A stretch of DNA of 18,104 bases, from positions 1-18,104 of the forward strand of contig CAVUXE010000027.1 in assembly GCA_963745235.1 (NCBI GenBank), given 5' to 3'. Of the stretch, positions 10,042 through 17,507 are shown piece by piece; within the stretch, counting starts at the first letter, position 1; the number at the start of each line of letters is the position of its first letter. This DNA is from an uncultured Spirochaetota bacterium (GTDB lineage Bacteria; Spirochaetota; Spirochaetia; SZUA-6; Fen-1364). Made by a program: the position numbers and the translations under genes. The notes below the pieces were generated by a model. It was not told where the DNA came from. It searched no databases and saw only the letters and a program-made list of their open reading frames with translations.

Positions 10042-10068
10042 ACCACTCAGTCGTTTTGGCTGTGTATT

Positions 10069-10087
10069 AATGACCATTTTGGTCATT
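10069..10087. promoter_or_regulatory. Inverted repeat in the leader of the catabolic operon (operator or RNA hairpin)
   Basis: AATGACCA-TTT-TGGTCATT has perfect 8-bp arms and is followed by TGCTTTTTG. Confidence 0.5.
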
Positions 10088-10128
10088 TGCTTTTTGTCAC
10101 TCGTTCAGGGGTGTACCATGGAGCATCT

Positions 10129-11316
10129 ATGGGTGAGCGTATCGTGCTGGGGTTCAGCGGCAACACTGATTACGAAATCGAGTGGGACTCCCACGTTTTT
10201 GAGCAATTGATTGCCGAGCTCAGCGCCGCAAGCTCCGAGCTGGACACCGACATACCCATCTCCAGCACTCGAGACCTCCTGATCTCGATCCTTGGCTTCC
10301 TGAAAAACAGCGGCGGGGGAGAGCGTTTTGTTCTCTCACCGGGCATCATAGAGGATTTTGCAAGCCGCTTCCGGTACAAGATCACAATCGGCGGGACTTC
10401 CGTTCGCGCGGCCATCGCCATGAGAAAGCTGGGATATACCTCCGCGCTGCATCTGGTCACCGTCAACGACCACATACGGAGACTGATACCGCAGGACAGC
10501 CCGTGGGTCTGCAGCAACGACAAGGACAGCTTCTATCCACACCTGATCGTCCAGTTCGGCAAGGACACGTGCGTGCAGGCCGGAGACATTGCGGTCCGAA
10601 CGAAACGGGCAAACAGGATCATCTATCATAATGACGAAGATCACATCGTCATGCGGATAAACCCCGACTTCGCGTCCCTGGCCTCAGACGCCCGCGTGTT
10701 CCTCATCTCGGGGTTCAATGCGATGCAAAGCGGCGACCTGCTGGCGGAAAGGCTGGAGACGGTCCTGGACATCCTGCGCTCCGTGCCGTCCGATGCTCTG
10801 GTGTTCTTTGAGGATGCGTGTTTCCACGACCCGGCGCTCAGCGTGCAGGTCCGCAAGGCCCTGATCCACAGGATCGACATCTACAGCCTGAACGAAGACG
10901 AGCTTCAAGGGCACCTGGGCAGGAAGGTCTCCCTGCTCGATCCGCTCGACGTGCATGCCGCATTGCAGGACCTGAGCCGCGTGGTTCCCGCGCCGACGCT
11001 GGTGATTCACACGCAGTATTGGGCGCTCGCCTTCGGGTCGCACGCCGCCGGCTACGCAAAGGCCCTGAAGGGAGGAATCACGATGGCCACGACGCGGTTT
11101 CGTTTCGGAGATGGTTTCACCGCGGCCGACTATGAGGAAACGCGAGGACTTCCCCCGGAAACCATCGGGGCAGAGTTTGCCGCCAGGATCAAAGGGCTGG
11201 CAAAGGACAGGGTCTGTTGCCTCCCGTCTGTCCAGGTCAGGGAGTCCCGGGTCACCACCATTGGATTGGGAGATGCCTTTGTCGGCGGTTTCCTGCCGGC
11301 ACTGGTTGAAAGATAG
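10129..11316 (+). CDS. ADP-dependent glucokinase/phosphofructokinase family sugar kinase (ribokinase superfamily), 395 aa
   Basis: Start reassigned to ATG 10129 (GGAG at 10120-10123). Colinear family motifs: GFSGNTD, GGGERFV, IGGTS, HLIVQF, ANRIIYHND, ISGFNAM, FFEDA, SLNEDEL (NxxE), VIHT and TTIGLGDAF (catalytic Asp). Confidence 0.9.
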   Translation: MGERIVLGFSGNTDYEIEWDSHVFEQLIAELSAASSELDTDIPISSTRDLLISILGFLKNSGGGERFVLSPGIIEDFASRFRYKITIGGTSVRAAIAMRKLGYTSALHLVTVNDHIRRLIPQDSPWVCSNDKDSFYPHLIVQFGKDTCVQAGDIAVRTKRANRIIYHNDEDHIVMRINPDFASLASDARVFLISGFNAMQSGDLLAERLETVLDILRSVPSDALVFFEDACFHDPALSVQVRKALIHRIDIYSLNEDELQGHLGRKVSLLDPLDVHAALQDLSRVVPAPTLVIHTQYWALAFGSHAAGYAKALKGGITMATTRFRFGDGFTAADYEETRGLPPETIGAEFAARIKGLAKDRVCCLPSVQVRESRVTTIGLGDAFVGGFLPALVER

Positions 11317-11343
11317 AGCACTGCATTCGGAAGGAGAGCATGG

Positions 11344-12207
11344 ATGAGCATCGTCACGAACAAGCAGCTGATGGATCGCGCAAGAGAGGGCCGCTACGCG
11401 GTGGGCGCGTTCAACACGAACAACCTGGAGTACATGCAGGCAATCCTGGGAGCCGCTTCAGAGCTGCGGTCCCCGGTCATCATTGGGGCGGCCAAGAGCG
11501 AGATAGACTACATGGACGGGCACGTGTTCGTTGCCATGGTGCGCGCCATGGCTGAGAAGCTCCCCATCCCGGTGAGCATCCACCTGGACCACGGCCCCTC
11601 GTACGACGAGGCCATCCGCTGTCTTCGGTATGGATTCACATCAGTCATGTACGACGGCTCCAGCCACTCTTTGGAGGAGAATATCGCCATCACGAAGAAG
11701 GTCGTTGCGGCCGCCCATGCCTGCGGCGTGCCCGTGGAAGGGGAGATCGGAGTGATCGGCCAGGCCGCCGACGGGCCGGAAGGGCCGAAGAGCGACATGC
11801 TGGGTCTCGCGGATCCCGGCCAATGCGAGGTGTTCGTAAGGGAAACCGGCGTCGACTTCCTGGCAGCCGCCATCGGGAATGCCCACGGCATCTACACTCG
11901 CAAGCCGGAGCTGCGCTTTGACCTGCTGATGGATATTCAGAAGCGGACCGGCGTCCCGCTCGTTCTTCACGGCGGCACCGGTATCCCGGAAGAAGATATC
12001 CGCAAGGCCATCACCCTGGGAGTGGCAAAAATCAACTTCAGCACCGTCATGAGGAAAGGCTGCATCGAGACGCTCACCAAGACCTTGAACGCGAACCCCG
12101 GGGATTGGGATCTCATGAAGCTTCTCACCCCGGCCCGGCAGAAGATGGTGGAGATTGCAAAGCAGCACATGCGGATGTGCATGAGCGATGGAAAGGCCTG
12201 GACGTGA
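11344..12207 (+). CDS. Class II (metal-dependent) ketose-phosphate aldolase, FBA/TBA family type B, 287 aa
   Basis: YAVGAFN, HLDHG, GFTSVMYDGS, VEGEIG, GNAHG, LVLHGGTG and KINFST motifs; RBS AAGGAG. Confidence 0.95.
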   Translation: MSIVTNKQLMDRAREGRYAVGAFNTNNLEYMQAILGAASELRSPVIIGAAKSEIDYMDGHVFVAMVRAMAEKLPIPVSIHLDHGPSYDEAIRCLRYGFTSVMYDGSSHSLEENIAITKKVVAAAHACGVPVEGEIGVIGQAADGPEGPKSDMLGLADPGQCEVFVRETGVDFLAAAIGNAHGIYTRKPELRFDLLMDIQKRTGVPLVLHGGTGIPEEDIRKAITLGVAKINFSTVMRKGCIETLTKTLNANPGDWDLMKLLTPARQKMVEIAKQHMRMCMSDGKAWT

Positions 12208-12232
12208 ACGGCCTGATCGCGCCATCCGGCAT

Positions 12233-12261
12233 TTGACCTTGATGCCCCGGTAGGAGATTAT
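12233..12261 (+). promoter_or_regulatory. Possible internal promoter for deoR
   Basis: TTGACC (12233-12238), 17 nt, GATTAT (12256-12261), ending 8 nt before the ATG. Confidence 0.35.
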
Positions 12262-12269
12262 CGCATCAC

Positions 12270-13049
12270 ATGGCCAAGAGAGATTTTGTCGAGGAACGAC
12301 GCAACAAGATTCTCGAGTACATCAACAAGAACAATCGCGCCGATGTCGACGAGCTTGCGGCTTTCCACACCGTCACGGAAGCCACAATCCGCCGGGACCT
12401 GCTCTCCCTCGAGAAGCAAGGCCGCGTGTACCGAGCCCACGGCGGTGCGCTTCGGCGCGAGCAGCTCTCCGTGTGGCAGACAACCAGGCTGCAGGACCGG
12501 ATGGTCATGCAACTGGAAGAGAAGACACGGATCGCGCAGTTCGTGACGCAGCTGATCCATGACGGGGAAAGTCTCATGATCGACGGCGGAAGCACCACGA
12601 TGATGGTCGCACACACGCTGCGCGCAAAGAAGAACCTGCTGGTGGTCACCAATGCGCCCGCCATTGGAGAATCGATGGTCGAAGTCAATGACAACAAGGT
12701 CATCCTGACCGGAGGCGAGCTCCTGAAGGAAACCAGGGGCTTGATCGGGGCCGCCGCGGAGCTTTCCCTGAAGCAGTATCGGACAGACAAGGCCATTATC
12801 GGTGTGTCGGGAATCATCATCGACCAGGGTTGTTTCGCGGCAATTCCCCAGGAGGCTGAGATCAAGCGTCTCATGTCCTCCAACTCGGGCGAGACCATTG
12901 TCGTCTCTGACAGCTCGAAGATCGGGGCCTGCGCGTTTTGCTTCTTTTGCGACTTCACTCACGTCGACAAGCTGGTGACCGACAGGAACATCAGCAAGGC
13001 CGCGTTGGAAGCGCTGAAGCACCAGGGGGTGGAGGTTTTTGCGGTCTGA
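12270..13049 (+). CDS. DeoR/GlpR-family transcriptional regulator, 259 aa
   Basis: EERRNKIL...VTEATIRRDLLSLEKQGRVYRAHGGA HTH; sensor domain with IDGGSTT, VVTNA and DSSKIG. Confidence 0.96.
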   Translation: MAKRDFVEERRNKILEYINKNNRADVDELAAFHTVTEATIRRDLLSLEKQGRVYRAHGGALRREQLSVWQTTRLQDRMVMQLEEKTRIAQFVTQLIHDGESLMIDGGSTTMMVAHTLRAKKNLLVVTNAPAIGESMVEVNDNKVILTGGELLKETRGLIGAAAELSLKQYRTDKAIIGVSGIIIDQGCFAAIPQEAEIKRLMSSNSGETIVVSDSSKIGACAFCFFCDFTHVDKLVTDRNISKAALEALKHQGVEVFAV

Positions 13050-13058
13050 GGAGGCGCC

Positions 13059-14186
13059 ATGAGGAAAGTGAAAGTCGGTCTGATTGGCTGCGGAAATATC
13101 AGCGACATCTACCTGAAAAACGCCCGAGACGTTTTCCAGGTGCTCGACGTCGTCGCGTGCGCTGACCGGACCGAGGACAAGGCGAAGGAAAAGGCGAAAG
13201 CGTATGGGATCAAAGCGTTTCCCATCGATGAGCTCCTGGCGCTCAAGGATATAGACATAGTTCTCAATCTGACTGTTCCCTCCGCACATCTCGGCATATC
13301 AGTGAAAGCATTAGAGAACGGCAAACACGTCTATAGCGAAAAGCCGCTCGCTGCCGCGCGAGACGAAGGAAGAATCATCCTCGAGAAAGCGAAGGAAAAA
13401 GGGTTGTTCGTCGGGTGCGCTCCGGACACCTTCCTTGGGGGCGGACTCCAGACCGGCAGGAAGCTGCTGGATGACGGATGGATTGGAACCCCTTTTGGGG
13501 CCATTTCGTTCATGATTGGCGGCGGTCCCGCGCTGTCTCACCCGAACCCGGATTTCTACTACAAGAAGGGCGCTGGCCCGATGCTGGATATGGGCCCCTA
13601 TTACGTGACCGCTTTGGTGTCCCTTCTCGGTCCGGTCAAAAGGGTCACCGGAATGGCGACGACGCCGTTCCTGGAAAAGACGATTACCGGGCCGACGCGC
13701 TACGGACAGAAGATAAAAGTCGAAACCCCGACCTACGTCAGCGGCACCATGGAGTTCCGCAACGGCGTGTGCGCGAATCTCCTCACCAGCTTCGATCTTC
13801 ACTATCCGTACTGGGATTCACACCTGCCCTTCATCCAGATCTTTGGAAGCGAAGGGACCTTGTCCTTGCCTGACCCCGACACCTTTGGCGGTCCCGTCCT
13901 GGTGAGGCGTTTCGGCGGGGATTTCACGAGCGTTCCTTTGACGCACGGATTCCTGGAGAACAGCCGAGGCATCGGACTCGCCGACATGGCCGTCTCGATT
14001 CTGCGTCGAAAAAAGCCCCGCGCGAATGGCGACATGGCTTTCCATGTCCTCGATGTCATGACCGGCTTTCTCGATTCCGCCCGGAGCGGGTCGCACTACA
14101 TGGTGACAAGCACGTGCGAGAGACCGGAACCCCTGTGCCGGGTCCTGCCGAAAAACTCCACTGAGCCGGCCGAGGGAAAAGGATGA
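13059..14186 (+). CDS. Gfo/Idh/MocA-family NAD(P)-dependent oxidoreductase, 375 aa
   Basis: IGCGNIS Rossmann motif, GKHVYSEKP, CAPDTFLG and HPNPDFYY..GAGPMLDMGPYY; RBS GAGGAGG. Confidence 0.94.
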   Translation: MRKVKVGLIGCGNISDIYLKNARDVFQVLDVVACADRTEDKAKEKAKAYGIKAFPIDELLALKDIDIVLNLTVPSAHLGISVKALENGKHVYSEKPLAAARDEGRIILEKAKEKGLFVGCAPDTFLGGGLQTGRKLLDDGWIGTPFGAISFMIGGGPALSHPNPDFYYKKGAGPMLDMGPYYVTALVSLLGPVKRVTGMATTPFLEKTITGPTRYGQKIKVETPTYVSGTMEFRNGVCANLLTSFDLHYPYWDSHLPFIQIFGSEGTLSLPDPDTFGGPVLVRRFGGDFTSVPLTHGFLENSRGIGLADMAVSILRRKKPRANGDMAFHVLDVMTGFLDSARSGSHYMVTSTCERPEPLCRVLPKNSTEPAEGKG

Positions 14187-15139
14187 AACAGTCCATTCTT
14201 GTTGCCCCTCAGAAGAGCCGCATCGAGGAGCGCCCCGTTCCGCAGGTGGGCGATACGGAGGTGCTGGTCAAGGTCAAAGCGTGCGGCGTCTGTTCGTCCG
14301 AGCTGCACGGCTGGGCGGGAGACGACGGCGCATATCCGCGGGAGATCGGCCACGAAGTGGTTGGCGAGGTCGTCCAAGTAGGCAGGCGGGTAGATGCCTT
14401 CCATGCCGGAATGACGGTCACCGGCCTGTTCCAGCCGGGATTCGCCGAGCTCGCGGTGGCGCGACAGGAAGCGGTGACGCCTCTCCCGCAGGGCATGAAA
14501 GACACCCTCGCACTCGGCGAACCGCTCGCGTGCGTCCTCAGCGGTGCGCGGCGCACTCCCGTGGAGCTGGCGGACACTGTTGCACTGGTCGGACTGGGCT
14601 TCATGGGGCTGCTGATGCTGCAGGTCGTTCGGCTGAAAGGCCCGGCACGAATCATCGGCATCGACACTCGATTGGAAGCCAGAGACGCTGCCCTTCGGGC
14701 GGGAGCGGACGAAGTGCTGGCGCCGGAGGACGTTCCGGCGCCTCTCAAGCTCACCGAGTGGGGCCAGCGCGGCAAAGGTTGGGGTGTGGATGTCGCCTTT
14801 GAAACCAGCGGCACGCAGGCCGGGCTGACGCTCGCCGCTCAAATGCCCCACGAGCATGGCGTCCTGTCCATCGTCGGCTTTCACCAGCGCGGACCGCGCC
14901 AGGTTGATATGGAATTGTGGAACTGGAAAGCCTTGCAGGTGCTGAACGCGCATGAGCGGCGCGAAGGGTATCTCATGGATTGCATGCGCCGCGGACTCGA
15001 CCTGGTGGCTGCCGGCAGGATCGACATGGCTTCTCTAGTCACCCACACATTCGGTCTCCACCAGGTGGACAACGCTTTTCAGGCGCTTCAGTCGAAGCCG
15101 CCCGGATTCATCAAGGCCGCAATCGTCATTGACCATTAG
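14183..15139 (+). CDS. Zinc-binding medium-chain dehydrogenase (MDR) lacking the structural-zinc lobe, 318 aa
   Basis: CGVCSSELH, GHE and EPLAC catalytic-Zn ligands. GLGFMG with a downstream Asp (IGIDTR) suggests NAD. No four-Cys cluster. ATGA overlap with the upstream gene. Confidence 0.92.
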   Translation: MKQSILVAPQKSRIEERPVPQVGDTEVLVKVKACGVCSSELHGWAGDDGAYPREIGHEVVGEVVQVGRRVDAFHAGMTVTGLFQPGFAELAVARQEAVTPLPQGMKDTLALGEPLACVLSGARRTPVELADTVALVGLGFMGLLMLQVVRLKGPARIIGIDTRLEARDAALRAGADEVLAPEDVPAPLKLTEWGQRGKGWGVDVAFETSGTQAGLTLAAQMPHEHGVLSIVGFHQRGPRQVDMELWNWKALQVLNAHERREGYLMDCMRRGLDLVAAGRIDMASLVTHTFGLHQVDNAFQALQSKPPGFIKAAIVIDH

Positions 15140-15142
15140 GCC

Positions 15143-15172
15143 AAAAAACGGAGCGCCCTAGGCGTCCCCGTT
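15143..15172 (-). terminator. Intrinsic terminator for minus-strand transcription; the hairpin may also cap the convergent plus-strand operon
   Basis: Minus strand AACGGGG(A)CGCC-TAG-GGCGCTCCGTT running into a T6 tract, 3 nt beyond the MDR stop. Confidence 0.6.
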
Positions 15173-15177
15173 AGCTC

Positions 15178-15560
15178 CTAGTATTCTGTAAACGACTAAG
15201 TACTTAATCACGAACTGCTTTTCGGACGCGCGCGAGGATCTCCTCGGAACTCTTGGCCCACACAAAGCGCTTGCAGGATTCGTAGCACTCGATTGACTAT
15301 TTTCTGGCTGAGCGGGGTCTTCCCCGGCTTGTGGTTCGGCAGCTTAAGCAGATCAACCCCTCGCTCGTTGATGCGCCGTACGATGGTGCTGACAGAAGCC
15401 GGGTGAATGCTGTGAGTATCTCCGGGATTTCACTCGTGCGTTTTTCATCGGTCCTGTCCAACACGACCTGAGTCTTGTCGCCTGCTTGTGATCCAGTGCA
15501 TGTCCCGACAACGGCCAGGCATAGTCTCGGGACGATAAGTCGGCAGATACCGATCCTGAT
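15178..15560 (-). mobile_element. Degenerate, internally deleted IS630-family element (transposase N-terminus fused to extreme C-terminus, right end retained)
   Basis: Across three minus frames: HKQATRL / QVVLDRTDEKRTSEIPEIL / IHPASVSTIVRRINERGVDLLKLPNHKPGKTPLSQKIVNRVLRILQ (HTH region). It then jumps at ~15273 to KRFVWAKSSEEILARVRKAVRD* (stop 15204-15206) and ends in ...TTACAGAATACTAG with a TA target at 15179-15180. Confidence 0.75.
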
Positions 15561-15651
15561 AGCCGCGGTGCGTCTGATGATAGCAATCATGACGCCCGTG
15601 ACAATTGTTCAGATGCGCAGGGTGGTAAGAGAGAAGACTTCGAGCGGCGCT

Positions 15652-16323
15652 TTAGGAAGCGGTTGGTCCCCACTCGCGGATCGTCTGCACAAAGGCGCGA
15701 CTTCGCGCCTCGACTTTGTCAAACTCTCCGCGAGCAATCAATTTCCCGTCCACGAGGTTGCCGCCGATTCCAAACCCGACGACACCCGCCTGCAGGAAGT
15801 CCTTCATATTGCTAAGATCAACTCCTCCCACGGCGAGAAGGGGAACGTGCTTCAGCGGCGCCCGGATGGCCTTGATGTATTCACAACCGAGCTGGCCTGC
15901 CGGAAACAGCTTGACGAAATCTGCGCCCTCCGTCACCGCCCTGACGATCTCCGTCGGGGTGAACGCCCCGGGGATCGAGAGAGCGCCGAGCTTGCAGGTT
16001 TCGCGTATGACCTGCGGGTTCATGTCGGGGGACACGATATAGCTGGCCCCGGCCTCAATTGCCAGGGACACTTGTAGGGAAGTCAAGACTGTCCCGGCGC
16101 CGGGAATGATCTCACCAGCAAACTCGCGCGAGATCTTCCGGTGCGAATCAAGCTCCTCCTCATTGTTTCCGTTCCTGGTTTGGTCCAACGTTATCTCTAC
16201 GAGACGTATTCCGCCACGGCGCAGCGCGGCCACCGTTTCCACGACTTTTGCGCTCTCTACTCCCCTGATGATTGCAATGAGCTTTTCCGTGACAACCGCG
16301 GCCTTGATATCGTCCTTATGCAT
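15652..16323 (-). CDS. eda: KDPG/KHG (Eda-family) class I aldolase, 223 aa
   Basis: Start reassigned to ATG 16323. Motifs IAIIRG, GGIRLVEIT, GAGTV, IVSP, PGAFTPTEI, Schiff-base VKLFPA and AVGGV. Exact substrate (KDPG, KDPGal or KHG) not resolved. Confidence 0.9.
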   Translation of the reverse strand: MHKDDIKAAVVTEKLIAIIRGVESAKVVETVAALRRGGIRLVEITLDQTRNGNNEEELDSHRKISREFAGEIIPGAGTVLTSLQVSLAIEAGASYIVSPDMNPQVIRETCKLGALSIPGAFTPTEIVRAVTEGADFVKLFPAGQLGCEYIKAIRAPLKHVPLLAVGGVDLSNMKDFLQAGVVGFGIGGNLVDGKLIARGEFDKVEARSRAFVQTIREWGPTAS

Positions 16324-17419
16324 TCCTCTCTCCCCCCATCCGGGATTCCATGAACCGGCGAATTCTTGCGATCCCGTGCTCGATATTCTGTTCTGACGTC
16401 GCATATGACATCCGTATGTAGCCTTCACCGGCGCTTCCGAAGCCCGAGCCGGGAACCGTAACGACGGCGGTTTCCTTGAGCAACTCCGTAGCGAACGTTT
16501 CGGAGCTCATCCCCGACCGGGAGATGTTGACAAAGCAGTAGAATGCACCCTTCGGCCAGATACAGGAGAGATTGCCGGCCCCTCCAGTGCCCCAATGGCG
16601 GCATATTGTGCCTGCGTGTTGACGCAACCGACCACATTTTCCTGCAATTTGACCATGTTCCTTGCGATGATTTCGGGTCCGACCGCGTCGCCGACTCTCC
16701 AGCCGTCATTGCGTACGTCTTGGAGAAGCTGTCGATCATGAGCGTGCGCTCCCTCATGCCCTCGAGCGAGGAGGCACTGGCAAACGTTGCGCCGTCATAC
16801 AAGAAGTGGTGATACACTTCGTCGGAAATGACAAAGAGATCATGCTCCGCGGCCACGCGGGCGATTTCGCTCATCGTGTTCCTGTCGATGACCGAGCCTG
16901 TCGGGTTTGAAGGCGAATTAAGGACAATTACCTTAGTCCTGCTCGTAACAGCCTTGCGTATGTCATCGGGTGAAAGAACGAAGCTATTCTCCTCGCGTGC
17001 CGTCACGAAACGGGGAATCCCGCCGCACATCTGGACCTGTTGAGGATAGTTTGGCCAGTGCGGGTTGCTGATGATCACCTCATCGCCCGGGTCGATAAGA
17101 ACCATCAACCCCAGCATCAGCGCCTCCATCCCTCCTGCGGTGACGATTATTTCCCGTTCCGGGTCGGCGGTCAGCGAGATCTCATTCGCCACGCGCCGTG
17201 CTATCGCTTCCCTGAGGGGAAGCAGTCCCGCGTTCGCGGTGTAGTGGGTTTCCCCCGCTCCAGGGAACGAATCGCGGCAGCGTTGATGTTTTCCGGCGCA
17301 ACGAAATCCGGTTCGCCAACGGTAAAGCTGATCACGTCCTTCATCGTCGCGGCGATATTGAACATCTTTCTTATTGGAGACGGAGTTATCTCTCGAGCGA
17401 TGATGGAAATGTTCTTCAC
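16316..17419 (-). pseudogene. PLP-dependent class I (aspartate aminotransferase-like) aminotransferase, disrupted
   Basis: GTG 17419 after GAGGT. Motifs VGEPDF, THYTANAG, NSPSNPTG, SDEVY, SFSKTYAMTGWRVG, PKGAFY, PGSGFG and EGYIRMSYA are spread over four segments. There are -1 shifts at ~17252-17256 and ~16704, plus an out-of-frame internal deletion at ~16576. Confidence 0.85.
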
Positions 17420-17429
17420 CTTGTACCTC

Positions 17430-17507
17430 GATCTCTTCACTCGACGAGGCCACCGCCTGCGCGCTCTGCTGAATGGAGTCGACCACGCCGCTGAGCTTCT
17501 CCACCAT
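17430..17507 (-). pseudogene. 26-codon fragment resembling a methyl-accepting chemotaxis protein (start of the cytoplasmic signalling region)
   Basis: MVEKLSGVVDSIQQSAQAVASSSEEI matches the post-HAMP methylation-helix pattern. There is an in-frame stop just upstream, and the fragment abuts the aminotransferase RBS downstream. Confidence 0.6.

Noticed and set aside
9907-10044. ATGCTACC present in inverted orientation near both divergent start sites (9907-9914 and 10037-10044)
   Set aside because: About one 8-bp inverted match is expected by chance in a ~265-bp region.
10129-15139. Assignment as a sulfoglycolysis (sulfo-EMP2) or tagatose/galactitol operon
   Set aside because: No recognisable sulfoquinovosidase, isomerase, PfkA/PfkB kinase, GatZ/KbaZ or PTS genes; kept only as testable alternatives.
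16425-17507. 360-aa MCP-aminotransferase fusion protein
   Set aside because: The fusion exists only because of the -1 shift at ~17254; the true aminotransferase N-terminus is in another frame with its own RBS.
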